From Candidatus Aenigmatarchaeota archaeon (lineage in GTDB: Archaea > Aenigmatarchaeota > Aenigmatarchaeia > CG10238-14): a DNA stretch of 64,000 nt. A program made the translations under genes and the position numbers. Numbering within the stretch: the first letter of the stretch is position 1; the number at the start of each line of letters is the position of its first letter. The notes beneath the pieces are model-generated. The model did no database searches. It was not told the origin of the DNA and saw only the letters and a program-made list of their open reading frames with translations. Shown piece by piece: positions 27,625 to 39,100 of this stretch. Location of the stretch: positions 3,522-67,521 of the forward strand of contig JAWBZR010000002.1 in the NCBI GenBank assembly GCA_044343545.1. The letters are read 5' to 3'.

Positions 27625-28376
27625 TAAGAAAAGCGGTGGTAGCGGGAAGCTTTTATCCTAAAGACAAGGAAAAACTTGAAAAAATGATAGACCATTTTTT
27701 GTCGAATGTTGATGTCGAAGAGTTAAATGCAAAAGGTTTTGTCGTGCCTCATGCAGGCTATGTTTATTCTGGCCAAGTTGCTGCTTATGCCTATAAGATT
27801 ATAAAATCCTTAGGTTGTAAAAGAGTTATATTGTTAGGCCCTTCCCATTTTATTCCTTTTATTGGTTCATCTATTTCAACTGCAGATTTTTGGGAAACGC
27901 CTTTAGGTAAAGTAAAGGTAGAAAAAATTGTCACAAACTTTTTAGATTTTCCCGCAGCACATGCATATGAACATTCTATTGAGGTTCAACTACCTTTCTT
28001 GCAAAGGGTTCTAAAAGATTTTTCTATCGTTCCGATAAGTATAGGAGACGATGATTACAGGGATGTGGCTAATGAAATAGAAAGATTTGTAAATGAAGAA
28101 ACCATCATAATTGCTAGTTCTGACTTGAGTCACTATTATGATTATGAAACTGCCAAGAAGATCGATCAAAAAGCAAACGAAGCCATCCCAAAATTAGATA
28201 TAAAGGCCGCGGAAAATATAGAAGCTTGCGGAAAAATAGGTATACTTGCACTTATGTCTCTAGCAAAGAAAAAAGGCTGGAAAGGTATGAAACTTTTTTA
28301 TGCAAATTCTGGTGACGTGACCGGAGATAAATCAAGGGTCGTTGGTTATGGATGCTACGCGTTTTACGAAATATAA
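27615..28376 (+). CDS. amrB: MEMO1-family protein (AmmeMemoRadiSam system protein B)
   Basis: AVVAGSFYPKD...VVPHAGYVYSGQVAAYAY Memo signature. Confidence 0.75.
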   Translation: MGMIRKAVVAGSFYPKDKEKLEKMIDHFLSNVDVEELNAKGFVVPHAGYVYSGQVAAYAYKIIKSLGCKRVILLGPSHFIPFIGSSISTADFWETPLGKVKVEKIVTNFLDFPAAHAYEHSIEVQLPFLQRVLKDFSIVPISIGDDDYRDVANEIERFVNEETIIIASSDLSHYYDYETAKKIDQKANEAIPKLDIKAAENIEACGKIGILALMSLAKKKGWKGMKLFYANSGDVTGDKSRVVGYGCYAFYEI

Positions 28377-28923
28377 AGAATTTCTTTTAAGTTTGGCAAG
28401 GAAAAGCATAGAATATTTCTTGGAAAAAAGAGAGCTCATGCACGTGAACGAAGAAGAATTAGATAATGAGTTGAAAGAAAAAAGGCCAGTTTTTGTCACG
28501 TTAGAGAAGCACGGTATGTTGAGGGGATGCATAGGAAACTTGCAGCCAACAGAACCTCTTTATGCAGGCGTTATAAAAAATGCTGTGGCCGCAGCCTTTT
28601 ATGATGTAAGATTTTACCCTTTGAGTAGAGATGAATTGGATGAAGTTACGATAGAAATATCGATTTTAAGTGAGCCTAAAAAGATCGAATATAAGACAGT
28701 CAAAGAGCTATTAAGGAAGATAAGACGCTTCAAAGACGGCTTGATAATAAGATGTGGTCATAGGACTGCAACATTCTTGCCTCAAGTTTGGGAAAAACTT
28801 CCCGAAAAAGAGCTATTTTTGAGCGAGCTTTGCTTGAAAGCTGGGTTGAAAGCGGACGAATGGAAAAAAGGTAGTTTGGAAGTTTTCAAATACAATGTGA
28901 TTTGCTTCAAAGAAAAAGGTTAA
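28342..28923 (+). CDS. amrA: AMMECR1-domain protein (AmmeMemoRadiSam system protein A)
   Basis: ...[19 protein letters not shown]... LRGCIG motif. Confidence 0.8.
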   Translation: MVMDATRFTKYKEFLLSLARKSIEYFLEKRELMHVNEEELDNELKEKRPVFVTLEKHGMLRGCIGNLQPTEPLYAGVIKNAVAAAFYDVRFYPLSRDELDEVTIEISILSEPKKIEYKTVKELLRKIRRFKDGLIIRCGHRTATFLPQVWEKLPEKELFLSELCLKAGLKADEWKKGSLEVFKYNVICFKEKG

Positions 28924-29240
28924 TCCTTAAAACTTATTTGTATTTGAATGTTTTGTGGTATTTGAACTCTTAATACCTGCCTCAATGCTCTATCATCTGC
29001 TTGCAAATCTATCATCCTTTTATGAATTCTCATTTCCCACCTGTCAAATGTCGCATTTCCATGTCCAGTTCCATCGCCACAAGGAGTTTTCATAGTAACC
29101 ACTCTTAATTTTTTTGTTGGCAAAGGTATGGGGCCTCTCCAATTTACGCCGAATTTTTTGGCTATATCTATTATCTCGTTGCATATGCTATCCAATTGTT
29201 TGGGATCTCTACCTGAAAGTTTTATTCTAGCTATTTGCAT
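28920..29240 (-). CDS. rps10: Ribosomal protein S10
   Basis: [17 protein letters not shown]...[10 protein letters not shown]...[11 protein letters not shown]. Confidence 0.85.
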   Translation of the reverse strand: MQIARIKLSGRDPKQLDSICNEIIDIAKKFGVNWRGPIPLPTKKLRVVTMKTPCGDGTGHGNATFDRWEMRIHKRMIDLQADDRALRQVLRVQIPQNIQIQISFKD

Positions 29241-29579
29241 CGCACCATCACTTTGAATTATAAACCAAACTTATATTTAAATAATTTTGTGTTTAGAATA
29301 AAGCTATAAAAGGAGGAGATATGGGGTTAATTTTATGGGTTTCAAACTAATTTATATTATTTTTTGATTCAGAAGGATTGGTAGGAAAGCAAAAATATTT
29401 GCAATCTTTTTTATCTCATAATACCATAGTTTTTTGGCATTTTTATAAAATCTAAGAGTTTACATTAGTGTGAGAAAAATTTAATGCGGGCATCCAGGTA
29501 GATCAGCTATTATATATCTACATTAGGCAAACCTGGATGTTTTTGGAAAAAATATACTGTTCCAACTGATTGGCCTTTT

Positions 29580-29723
29580 TTACAATAAAAGATTATTATT
29601 GCCTATCACAACTTGACAACCACCATCAACTTTGCTTAATAATTTTTCTGGTATTTCGTTTTTGTAAATACAAACAAATGGACAATATTCTCTTCCATTA
29701 TACTCTATAACTGCATAAAACAT
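29580..29723 (-). CDS. Possible small ORF (47 aa) in the tuf-rpsJ spacer: MFYAVIEYNGREYCPFVCIYKNEIPEKLLSKVDGGCQVVIGNNNLLL
   Basis: ATG at 29721-29723 and TAA at 29580-29582. Only 3 Cys. No homology recognised. Confidence 0.2.
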   Translation of the reverse strand: MFYAVIEYNGREYCPFVCIYKNEIPEKLLSKVDGGCQVVIGNNNLLL

Positions 29724-29745
29724 TAAATTAAAAAGAAATAAGGAT

Positions 29746-31026
29746 TTATTTCTTTAAAGGAACAACATCTAAAACAATTCCTGCCGCGACTGTTTGACCC
29801 ATGTCTCTAATAGCGAATCTTGCCAATTGTGGGAAATCTGATTGTTTTTCAACAACCATCGGTTTTGTTGGCACCACTCTTACTCTTGCAGCGTCACCCG
29901 TTTTTATGAAATCTGGATGTTCCTGAACAACGGCACCCGTTTTTGGATCTATTTTTGCAATTATTTCCTCAATCTTGCAAGCTATGCTGGCTGTACCTAA
30001 ATGGAAGACGGGGGTGTAGCCCGCTGTGATGACTGTTGGATGGTTTAAAACAATAATTTGCGCTATGAATTCTTTTGCGACTGTTGGCGGATTGCTTACA
30101 TGACCGCAAACATCTCCTCTTTTAACATCATTCTTGCTAATGCCTCTTACATTGAAACCAATATTATCTCCTGGCCTTGCTTCCGGTTGTTGTTTGTGAA
30201 ACATTTCTATGGATTTTACTTCACCCGTAGCTCCAGAGGGCATAAAAATAACTTTGTCATTCACTTTCAAAATACCTGTTTCCACCCTACCAACAGGTAC
30301 AGTTCCTACACCAGTGATGCTGTAAACATCTTGTATCGGTATTCTTAAAGGCTTGTCGATTGGTTGCTCGGGTGGTTTTACTGTTGCATCCATTGCTTCA
30401 ACTAGTGTAGGTCCTTTATACCAAGGCATTTTATCCGTCTTGTTCACAACATTATCTCCTTGATAAGCTGAAACCGGGACAAACGGAATTTCATCCACTT
30501 TATAACCAACACTTTGCAAAAGTTTCTTTACTTCAGCTACAATTTCTTGATATCTCTTTTCGTCATAATTTACAGTATCCATTTTGTTAACAGCTACAAT
30601 GACTTGATTAACACCCAAAACTTTTATCAAGTAAGTGTGCTCTCTTGTCTGCTCTTGCACGCCTTCTCCTTGTTTGGCAGAAACAACAAGAATTGCAGCG
30701 TCAGCCTGAGATGCACCGGTAATCATGTTTTTAACGAAATCTCTATGACCCGGAGCATCGATGATAGTATAATAATATTTTTTACTTTCAAACGGCGTGT
30801 GCATGATATCAATGGTAACACCTCTCTCTCTTTCCTCTTTTAGTCTATCCATAAGAAAGGCAAATTCAAATGTTTCTTTTTTCAATTCCTTAGCCAACTC
30901 TTTCAATTTTCTTAATTGATCCTCTCTTATAGCACCTGAATCGTATAAAAGTCTACCTATCAATGTAGATTTTCCCGCATCAACGTGTCCTGCAGTCATG
31001 ATGTTAATTTTTGGCAAATCGGCCAT
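29746..31026 (-). CDS. tuf: Translation elongation factor 1-alpha
   Basis: [21 protein letters not shown] GTPase motifs. 426 aa. Confidence 0.95.
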   Translation of the reverse strand: MADLPKINIMTAGHVDAGKSTLIGRLLYDSGAIREDQLRKLKELAKELKKETFEFAFLMDRLKEERERGVTIDIMHTPFESKKYYYTIIDAPGHRDFVKNMITGASQADAAILVVSAKQGEGVQEQTREHTYLIKVLGVNQVIVAVNKMDTVNYDEKRYQEIVAEVKKLLQSVGYKVDEIPFVPVSAYQGDNVVNKTDKMPWYKGPTLVEAMDATVKPPEQPIDKPLRIPIQDVYSITGVGTVPVGRVETGILKVNDKVIFMPSGATGEVKSIEMFHKQQPEARPGDNIGFNVRGISKNDVKRGDVCGHVSNPPTVAKEFIAQIIVLNHPTVITAGYTPVFHLGTASIACKIEEIIAKIDPKTGAVVQEHPDFIKTGDAARVRVVPTKPMVVEKQSDFPQLARFAIRDMGQTVAAGIVLDVVPLKK

Positions 31027-31073
31027 GGCTACACCTCCTACATTTATTATATCTTAAAGCTTTTAAATATATT

Positions 31074-33272
31074 TCATTCAAATTTTGGAATTTCAAGTGG
31101 CAAACCTTTTCTTTGCCTGATTTTCTTTATTGTTTGCTCTTGCAAATCTTTAGGAATTCTTTCGAAAACAACATCAATTAAACTGTAAAATCCTTTCCCT
31201 CCCGTCGCAGATTTCAAGGCAGAGTTGAAGCCGAACATTTCAGAAACAGGCATCTTACATTTTATTATTGTTACACCCCTTTCTTCATCCATTTCCAAAA
31301 TTTGACCCCTTCTGTTTTGTATCTCTTTTATAGCACCACCCATCGTTTCTGTAGGTGTATCAATTCTTATTATTTGCTTTGGCTCAAGTAAAACAGGTTC
31401 AGCCTTCATCATAGCAGCCATGATAGCATGACTAAAAGCGGGTAATATTTGTCCAGGTCCTCTATGGATGGCATCTTCGTGTAGTTCGGCATTTATCAAG
31501 CTCACTTTTATTCCTGTACATGGCTCTCTTGCTTGAGGGCCATCATCCATGACATTTCTAAAAGCTTCCTTGAGCATTTCTTCTACTTCATTCAAATATT
31601 GAATACCTTTTGTTTCGTCAACAAGAATGCTTTTGTTATATATTAACCAAATATTTTTAACTTCGGCATGAGAGAGTCCGGCATCAATTAACTTTTTTTG
31701 AACATCCAAATGCTTTTTCTTAAAATCTACTTCAGGAGGTATGTCACCATTGTTTATCAATTCCTCTATTTTTGGATTTATTGGCTCAACTGTGATATAA
31801 AATTTATTGTGTTTGTTCGGCGATTTTCCCTCGACTATTGGTGATTTTGATGTTACAGTCTCTCTGTATACAACTATTGGCGGTGTCGTCGTGAATTCTA
31901 TTCCAGCTTCCTTTAACTTTCTTTCAACCTTTGCATCCAAGTGCAACTCGCCCAAGCCAGAAACCAAATATTCGCCCGTTTCCTCATCTATTTTAACTTT
32001 AATAGTCGTGTCCTCTCTTTCCAGCTTTTTGAGAAATGCTGCTAATTTTGCCAAATCACCAGGATTTTTCGGTTCTATAGCTTTTGTAACCACAGGTTCA
32101 AATATGTGAGTGATTTGCTCAAATGGCTCAATGATATGGTTAGGTCTGCAAATTGTTTCTCCTGAAAATGCTTCACCCAAGCCAACTATGCCGACTATGT
32201 TACCTGCAACGACTTCGTCTACTTGCAACCTATGCGGACCTTTGTATATAGAAACCTGTTGAATCCTTTGAGTTTTTTTCTGTCCAACCAAATAAACTTC
32301 ATCACCAACTTTTAAAGTACCAGAAAATATCCTTGCCGTGGCAACGTAACCGGCATGAGGGTCCGGCATCAGTTTTGTGACTACAGCAGCTAGCACACCG
32401 TTCGGGTTTACGTTTAACATATCTTTGCCAGCTTCACTCTCAATATCACCTTTCCATATTTTCGGTATTCTATACTTTTGCGCCTCGATAGGAGAAGGCA
32501 AATGAGTAATTATCATGTCCAAAACCACTTTATGTAAAGGAGCCATTTTCGCCAACTCATCTTCTTTTTCATTCAACGTATACTCTATTATTTGTTTGAA
32601 GGTAATTCCGTATTTTTTCATGAAGGGAACAGAAATACCCCACTTTTTCAGAGCAGAGCCAAAAGCAACTGAGCCATTTTCTACGTTTACTAACCACTTG
32701 CTTTTAAATTCATCCTCTGCATATTTTTGTATCAAATAATTAACTTCTTGAATTATTTTCGTGAATCTTTCCATCATTTGCTCCGGAGTAAGTTTTAACT
32801 CCTTTATCAACCTATCAGTTTTATTGATGAATAAAACTGGTTTTACTCTTTCTCTCAAAGATTGCCTAATAACGGTTTCTGTTTGTGGCATCACGCTTTC
32901 TACCGCATCAACAAGCACTATGGCACCATCAACCGCTCTCATAGCTCTTGTAACATCGCCTCCGAAATCTACATGACCTGGAGTGTCTATCAGGTTGATA
33001 AGATAATCTTGGTTGTTGTATTCGTGAATCATGCTTGCATTTGCAGCCCAAATCGTTATTCCTCTTTCTTGCTCTTGTGGATCAAAATCCATAAATAACT
33101 GTCTTCCTGCAAGTTTTTCCGATATCATGCCAGCTCCTGCTAACAAGTTATCAGAAAATGTTGTTTTTCCATGATCTATGTGAGCACATGTCCCGATATT
33201 TCTTATATTTTGAGGTTTTTTCATAACTTCTAATATTCTTTCTACCATATCTTTTTCTGCCAAGACATTCAC
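31074..33272 (-). CDS. fusA: Translation elongation factor 2
   Basis: AHIDHGKTT, DTPGHVDF, NKTD. 732 aa. Confidence 0.95.
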   Translation of the reverse strand: MNVLAEKDMVERILEVMKKPQNIRNIGTCAHIDHGKTTFSDNLLAGAGMISEKLAGRQLFMDFDPQEQERGITIWAANASMIHEYNNQDYLINLIDTPGHVDFGGDVTRAMRAVDGAIVLVDAVESVMPQTETVIRQSLRERVKPVLFINKTDRLIKELKLTPEQMMERFTKIIQEVNYLIQKYAEDEFKSKWLVNVENGSVAFGSALKKWGISVPFMKKYGITFKQIIEYTLNEKEDELAKMAPLHKVVLDMIITHLPSPIEAQKYRIPKIWKGDIESEAGKDMLNVNPNGVLAAVVTKLMPDPHAGYVATARIFSGTLKVGDEVYLVGQKKTQRIQQVSIYKGPHRLQVDEVVAGNIVGIVGLGEAFSGETICRPNHIIEPFEQITHIFEPVVTKAIEPKNPGDLAKLAAFLKKLEREDTTIKVKIDEETGEYLVSGLGELHLDAKVERKLKEAGIEFTTTPPIVVYRETVTSKSPIVEGKSPNKHNKFYITVEPINPKIEELINNGDIPPEVDFKKKHLDVQKKLIDAGLSHAEVKNIWLIYNKSILVDETKGIQYLNEVEEMLKEAFRNVMDDGPQAREPCTGIKVSLINAELHEDAIHRGPGQILPAFSHAIMAAMMKAEPVLLEPKQIIRIDTPTETMGGAIKEIQNRRGQILEMDEERGVTIIKCKMPVSEMFGFNSALKSATGGKGFYSLIDVVFERIPKDLQEQTIKKIRQRKGLPLEIPKFE

Positions 33273-33871
33273 CTGGAGGCATCAGCTTCCTTTTCAATTC
33301 TTTCCTTTTCCTTTATTGCTTCGGATTTAGAAGCATCATTTTTGTAAGCATAGTAAATTTCATCAGCCAATTCTTCAGCCATGCTTCTTTTCTTTCCAAA
33401 AGCTTTCTTATAAGCAGCGCGAACCATCATTGTTAAAGCCAAATCAACCCTCCTTTGAGGCGAGGTCACAACCGCTTTTCTAACCATTATACCTCCGGCT
33501 TGATAAGAGGCTAATTCTTCTCGAAGCGCGGCGTTTTCTATTGCTGTCACGAAAACCTTGATTGGATTTTCGTTTGTTCTTTTTTCCAAAATTTCAAATG
33601 TTTTTTTAATTATCTTGTATACGGTTTGCGTTTTTCCAGTATTTCTTCCAGACGTCAAAAGATGCTTTTTTCCTTTATGTCCAGGAACCATCAATTTATT
33701 TGCAAGCCTTTCTACTATGTTCATTTGTGATTTATAAAATTGCTTTTTTGAAAATCTACCTCCACTTCTTGGAATAACAGAAGGTTTCAAGCAAATATAC
33801 ATTTTTAATCCAGGATCTTTTACTTCTATTCCTTCAAACGACCATTTGTTGAAGAGTTTTAATTCTGCCAT
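33269..33871 (-). CDS. rps7: Ribosomal protein S7
   Basis: Conserved S7 core. Position between S12 and EF-2. Confidence 0.9.
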   Translation of the reverse strand: MAELKLFNKWSFEGIEVKDPGLKMYICLKPSVIPRSGGRFSKKQFYKSQMNIVERLANKLMVPGHKGKKHLLTSGRNTGKTQTVYKIIKKTFEILEKRTNENPIKVFVTAIENAALREELASYQAGGIMVRKAVVTSPQRRVDLALTMMVRAAYKKAFGKKRSMAEELADEIYYAYKNDASKSEAIKEKERIEKEADASR

Positions 33872-33876
33872 AAAAA

Positions 33877-34302
33877 CTACCTTGATGGTTTTTGTTTTTT
33901 ACCTTTCAATATTTCTTTTAAAGATACACCGTTAACCTTGACGACTTGATATTTTAAACCCCATTGAGACCCAACAGGCCCACCTTGAGAACCGCCAACA
34001 CCCTCCAACAAAACTTCGTCATGTTCGTTGATGTGATCTATAGCATGATTACCAGGAACAAAAGCGGTAACTTGAATGTTGTTTTTTATTAATTGCACTC
34101 TCACAGCCTTTATCAAACCAGAAGACGGTTGTTTTTGCTCTACAGTTCTTTTAGCCAAAACTATTCCTCTGGCTTGAGGTGCACCCTCGAATGGCTTTTT
34201 CTTGTAAAGTTGCAACTGCCTCCTCATGTATCTTACATCCTTCCATCTAAACTTTTGCCTATTCGAGCGCAACTTTCTAGCTGCAAATTCGCCTCTTGCC
34301 AT
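33877..34302 (-). CDS. rps12: Ribosomal protein S12
   Basis: Basic 141-aa protein with ...[23 protein letters not shown]... pattern. Confidence 0.9.
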   Translation of the reverse strand: MARGEFAARKLRSNRQKFRWKDVRYMRRQLQLYKKKPFEGAPQARGIVLAKRTVEQKQPSSGLIKAVRVQLIKNNIQVTAFVPGNHAIDHINEHDEVLLEGVGGSQGGPVGSQWGLKYQVVKVNGVSLKEILKGKKQKPSR

Positions 34303-34303
34303 C

Positions 34304-34720
34304 CTACTTCAACCTCACATCATCTATATCATGTAATCGTTTAAGTATTTCTTTTAATATTTTAAACTTTTGCTTGTTTCTTCCAAAAACTTTGTTTTTA
34401 TCTCTTTTATTTATTTTTATTTCCGCGATATTTTTACCATCCTCTTCTATTATTGTCGCTTCTACGTCAGCCGCGATGATATTCTTTATAAAATCATTAA
34501 TATCCGAAGAATATTCGAACACTTTCACGTGTTTGCCTAATAACTTTTCAACATATTTTATCAAAGATCCACCTTTGCCTATGGCTAGTCCTGCTTTGCC
34601 TTCTTCAACAATATAATAAACAGTATTGTCGTTTTCGAAGCAATCCACAACCCTAACATTGGTTATGTTTTCAAACAAATTCAAGAATCTTATAGTACTT
34701 GTGTTTAACTCCCTCTTCAT
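34304..34720 (-). CDS. nusA: Transcription elongation factor NusA homolog (archaeal two-KH form)
   Basis: KH-domain GKGG-type motif ([22 protein letters not shown]). 138 aa. Confidence 0.8.
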   Translation of the reverse strand: MKRELNTSTIRFLNLFENITNVRVVDCFENDNTVYYIVEEGKAGLAIGKGGSLIKYVEKLLGKHVKVFEYSSDINDFIKNIIAADVEATIIEEDGKNIAEIKINKRDKNKVFGRNKQKFKILKEILKRLHDIDDVRLK

Positions 34721-34992
34721 TTTTTATCGCTCTCTTTGATTGCTAGTATGCTTACTGAAAAAGGCTTTCCGCAGACAAGACCCAAGTTAACGTTATCCCC
34801 TTCAAACTCCTTTACTTCTACTTTGGCAATTTTTGCGTTGTGAAGGATTTCTTGTTTTTTATCTTCAGGTAAGTTATTTGCAATTACAACCATATCTATT
34901 TTACCACTCTTTAAATTTTTCATAACTCTATTATAACCTAAAATGACTTGTTTGCTTTTTACCTTGTCTTGGATGAGTTTTACTAAATTCAT
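34717..34992 (-). CDS. rpl30e: Ribosomal protein L30e
   Basis: 91 aa. Conserved position between rpoA'' and nusA. Confidence 0.8.
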   Translation of the reverse strand: MNLVKLIQDKVKSKQVILGYNRVMKNLKSGKIDMVVIANNLPEDKKQEILHNAKIAKVEVKEFEGDNVNLGLVCGKPFSVSILAIKESDKK

Positions 34993-36116
34993 TCTTCACC
35001 AACCTTGCCTATTAATTCGAACATACCAGTGCCTACCGGTACTTGTTGGTTGATCATGACATTATCAAATATTCCTTCAAATTCGTCCACTTCATTTCTT
35101 ACCGAAGCTCTAACAAGATGCTTTATCGTTTCTTCGAAACCTGCTCTTGAAAGAACCGCTGATTGCGTACCAGCAACACCATATCTTCCTACAGGCCTCA
35201 CTTCTCCAGTAAAACACATTATATCCGCAACCAATGTGATATGCCTTTCATCAACATTCAACCCCTGCTGTTTCAAGGTATTGTTTATTTCCCTTATGAG
35301 AATAGTTCTTGCAGCTTCTATACCTAAAATCTTTTCAACTTCGTGAAAATTGTTTGAGTATGTTCTTGTGAAATCCACTTCTTCAAGCTGAAATATTTTT
35401 TCTAAGTTTGATCCAAGTGTTTTTACAACCCAATCGTTTCCTTCTTTTACAACAACAGCATTTTTCACATTTTCCACACCACTTACATACGAGGCGAGAA
35501 CCTTTCTTTTCAATTTTTCAAGTTCTTTTATCGATATGTCTTGCTTGGGCTCTATGGTGATGGAGTTAGTGTGCGGTTTGACTTGATATCCTTTCAAAAG
35601 TTTTTGCAACCTTTCCACTATTTCATCCATTTCCTCTTTTGTAATCTTGCCAAAGTTTATTTTTATTTTTTTGTTGGTAAGGTCAGTTGTAACTTCAGTT
35701 GCAAAGTATTTTACCTTTTTTTCTTTGATTTTTTTCGAAAATTCCTCAGCCGCTTCTTTTGTATTGTGTTTTGGTTTTAGATATATAGTCATCATCGGAG
35801 TAGTAGGTTCTTTCCTCGCATCGAATATTTCTATTAATCTTGGCAAACCTAAAGTGACTTGAATGCCGGCCGAAGCTGCAAAGTGATATGTACGCATTGT
35901 CATTTGCGTCGCAGGTTCGGAAATCGATTGAGCCACAAGGATTCCTATAGCTTCTCCAGGTTGGAACATATTTTTGTAATATTCTCTCTTTACTTCTTCT
36001 ATCAATTTTATTTGCTGCTCTTCATTAAGCTTTCTTTGAGTGATGACCCTTTCCACTTCTTCCTTGAGATTGGCAGGAAAATCATCCAAATAATCTTCTA
36101 GCAATTTTTTCGACAT
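34989..36116 (-). CDS. rpoA2: DNA-directed RNA polymerase subunit A''
   Basis: 375 aa with ...[31 protein letters not shown]... trigger-loop region. Confidence 0.9.
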   Translation of the reverse strand: MSKKLLEDYLDDFPANLKEEVERVITQRKLNEEQQIKLIEEVKREYYKNMFQPGEAIGILVAQSISEPATQMTMRTYHFAASAGIQVTLGLPRLIEIFDARKEPTTPMMTIYLKPKHNTKEAAEEFSKKIKEKKVKYFATEVTTDLTNKKIKINFGKITKEEMDEIVERLQKLLKGYQVKPHTNSITIEPKQDISIKELEKLKRKVLASYVSGVENVKNAVVVKEGNDWVVKTLGSNLEKIFQLEEVDFTRTYSNNFHEVEKILGIEAARTILIREINNTLKQQGLNVDERHITLVADIMCFTGEVRPVGRYGVAGTQSAVLSRAGFEETIKHLVRASVRNEVDEFEGIFDNVMINQQVPVGTGMFELIGKVGEE

Positions 36117-39100
36117 TTATATCACCCTTTTGTATTCTAGACGGGTCTAACCCGTCTTCAGCGGGAACAAATTGGATAATTTTTTTCATCGAATCTCTTA
36201 CAGTTCCATCATATTCTACCTTTAAATCTTTTAATGCACCTATCAATCTTCTTTCCAAGTAACCACTGTGTCTTGTCTTTAAAGATTTATCCATAAGACC
36301 TTCTCTGCTATTCATTGCATCGAAGAAAAATTCAAAAGGCGTTAATCCTGTTTTATAACCATGTCTAACAAAACCTTTGGATTCCAAACTTATATCATTT
36401 CTTTCAAAATGAGTGAATGTTCTCTTATAATAACCTATTCTTATTCTTTCTCCTCTCAAAGTTTCTTGACCTAAACAAGCGATGCATTGAACCATGTTAA
36501 CAAGACTGCCTCTTGCTCCGCTTTTGGCCATTATATATACAGAATTTTCTTGAATGTTTTTCGCAACTAAGTTTGTGATTTCATTAAGCGTGTCCGCTAA
36601 TTTTATTTTTATCAAAGTTTCCAGGGTTTCTCTCGGCGTCTTACCGACAACTCCTTTTATGTTACCTTTTTTGAATTCCTTAATCAATTCATTGACTTCA
36701 TCCTTTACTTTGTCAAGTTGATTGTTAATTTTTTCAATAATTTTTGGAGATACATCATAATCTGATATGGCTATGCTAAATCCATACCTTGTTAAAAATT
36801 CGAGCGAAAGTTTAGTGATATTGAATAAAAACTTCTTAGCATACTCACCTCCATAAACTTTTTCTATTTCATCAAGTATTTTGCCTTTGAAAGCACCAAC
36901 ACCACTTTCATCAATAAAACCTTCAAGCTCACCATTTTTTATGACAATTTTTGTATCGCCTTTAGTATATTCAAAGTTGAAATCTTTTGGCAAGAACAAG
37001 CTGAATATTTCTTGACCCGTAAATTCCTTCTTTTCCGGTACCTCTATTTCAAGATCACATGCTTTTACAAGCGATATCACATCCTTTCTTGGTAATTTCA
37101 TCTTTGTCGTCAAAATATAAAGCCCGGTTATATGATCATTTATAGCACCTATTATTACACTGCTAAACCTCGGACTTCTAAACTGTGTGGATACACGAGT
37201 GAGCAAGTTTGTTTCAACTTGAGCCTCTTTTGTTTGAGGTATGTGCAAATTCATTTCGTCTCCGTCAAAATCAGCATTATATGGTGGAGCAACCGTTAAA
37301 TTAAGTCTAAAAGTATTCCACGGCATAACTCTAACTCTATGTCCCATCATACTCATTCTATGCAAAGACGGCTGCCTGTTAAAGATGGACCAATCACCAT
37401 CTTCTATTTGTTTTTCAACAATATAGCCAGGTTCCAACTCTTTTATTATATCAGCCTTATTTTGCTCGGTAACTTTTTTTCTCCTTCCATCAGGTCTATT
37501 CACATAGTTTATTGTCGGCCATTCAGGATATCTTTCTATCATTTGTTTTATTTTTTCGATGTTTCTCTCGTTAACAACAACAGGTATTGTTAATTCTTTC
37601 GCTATTGATAGTGGAACGCCAACTTCATCTATATCCAAGAACGGGTCAGGACTTATGACAGTCCTTGCAGAATAGTTAACTCTTTTACCTATGAGGTTAC
37701 CTCTAAACCTACCTTCTTTCGTCTTCAATCTTTGTGCGAGTGTCTTTAATATTCTTCCAGATCTATGCCTTGCTGGAGGCACGCCACTAATTTCATTATT
37801 CATATAAGTTGCAACATGGTATTGCAACAATTCCCACAAATCTTGAATAATAAAGTCAGGAGCACCCAAGTCAATATTTTCTCTCAATCTCTTGTTTATT
37901 CTCACAATATCAACAAGTTTATGAGTTAGGTCATCTTCAGATCTTTCACCCGTTTCCAAGGTTATGGAAGGTCTCACCGTGACTGGTGGTATTGGTAAGA
38001 TAGTGAGCACGAAAACTTCTGGTCTCACACCTTTTATGCCAAGATATTGCAATTCTGAATCAGGTATTTTTTCCAATCTTTCTCTTATTTGCACAGGCGT
38101 TAAAACATCTTCATCTTCTTGATAAGTCGTTGGTTTAATATACTTTATTTTCTTTTGTTTTTCGTTGCAATAAGGACATGTAGATTTTACTAACGTTTTT
38201 AGCTTCTTTAATGATTTTTTCTTTTTGAGTTTTTCAGCATCTTCTGGTGTAATTAAAACCTTTCCACATTTTCTGCAAGTATATCTCAATATATTGTAAA
38301 TAAGTTTTGCATAGTTTACGTGGATTACGGGCTTTGTTAACTCTAAATGACCAAAATGACCTCTACATTCACCAACCGTGCCACCACACGTTCTACATCT
38401 TAAACCAGGATCTATAACGCCTAATCTAGGATCCATTAAACCTCCTTCTATCGGGTAACCTTCTTGATCATAAAGTTCTGTTTTGCTAATCTTGGATGCG
38501 GACATCTTCCTTATCATTTCAGGTGTCAATACGCTGAATGTTATTTTATCAATTATATTGAGATCTTCGTTGATTGTAAGTTTCGGATATATAACCATAC
38601 TTTTTAGCTCGTCCAATAGCAACTTGAAGGCGTAAGACATATCGACATCTATGATTTTTGAGCCTCCACACATGGGGCAGAATTTTTTGTTTTTCACCCT
38701 ATCGTTTATCGCTTCTATTCCACATTCTTTGCATATTGGTATTGAAATCTTGTCAGAATCGAACCTTTCTTTAAGCAAAAGGGAGGCGCCATGCGCAATT
38801 AAGCAGTCTTTTTCCATTTCCCCTAATCTCAATCCACCCATTTTTGATTTTCCTTCTGTTGGTTGTTTCGTCAACAATGCTACAGGACCTTTAGATCTAG
38901 CGTACATTTTATTTGAAACCAGGTGGTCAAGTTTTTGATAAAATATACTTCCTATGAGTATCTTGTTCATCAATTTTTGTCCGGTTCTACCGTCGAACAT
39001 AACTTCTTTACCATCATCGTCATAACCAAACTTCTTTAGCATTTCCCTTATTTGCTTTTCTTCTGGAGGATGAAATGGAGGGCTATATATCGGTTCGCCA

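Noticed and set aside
29241-29745. SRP RNA or RNase P RNA in the tuf-rpsJ spacer
   Set aside because: Both RNAs are much more GC-rich and structured than this spacer appears, and no conserved motifs (for example the SRP domain IV GNAR tetraloop context or RNase P P4 sequences) were recognisable. It is left as an unexplained spacer in the findings.
34989-36116. Possible frameshift or mis-start of rpoA'', because it overlaps the end of the fused rpoB'-A' ORF by 35 nt
   Set aside because: Short overlaps at the A'/A'' junction are normal. The A'' N-terminus ([14 protein letters not shown]...) looks native and there is no alternative in-frame start nearby, so a 35-nt overlap was accepted.
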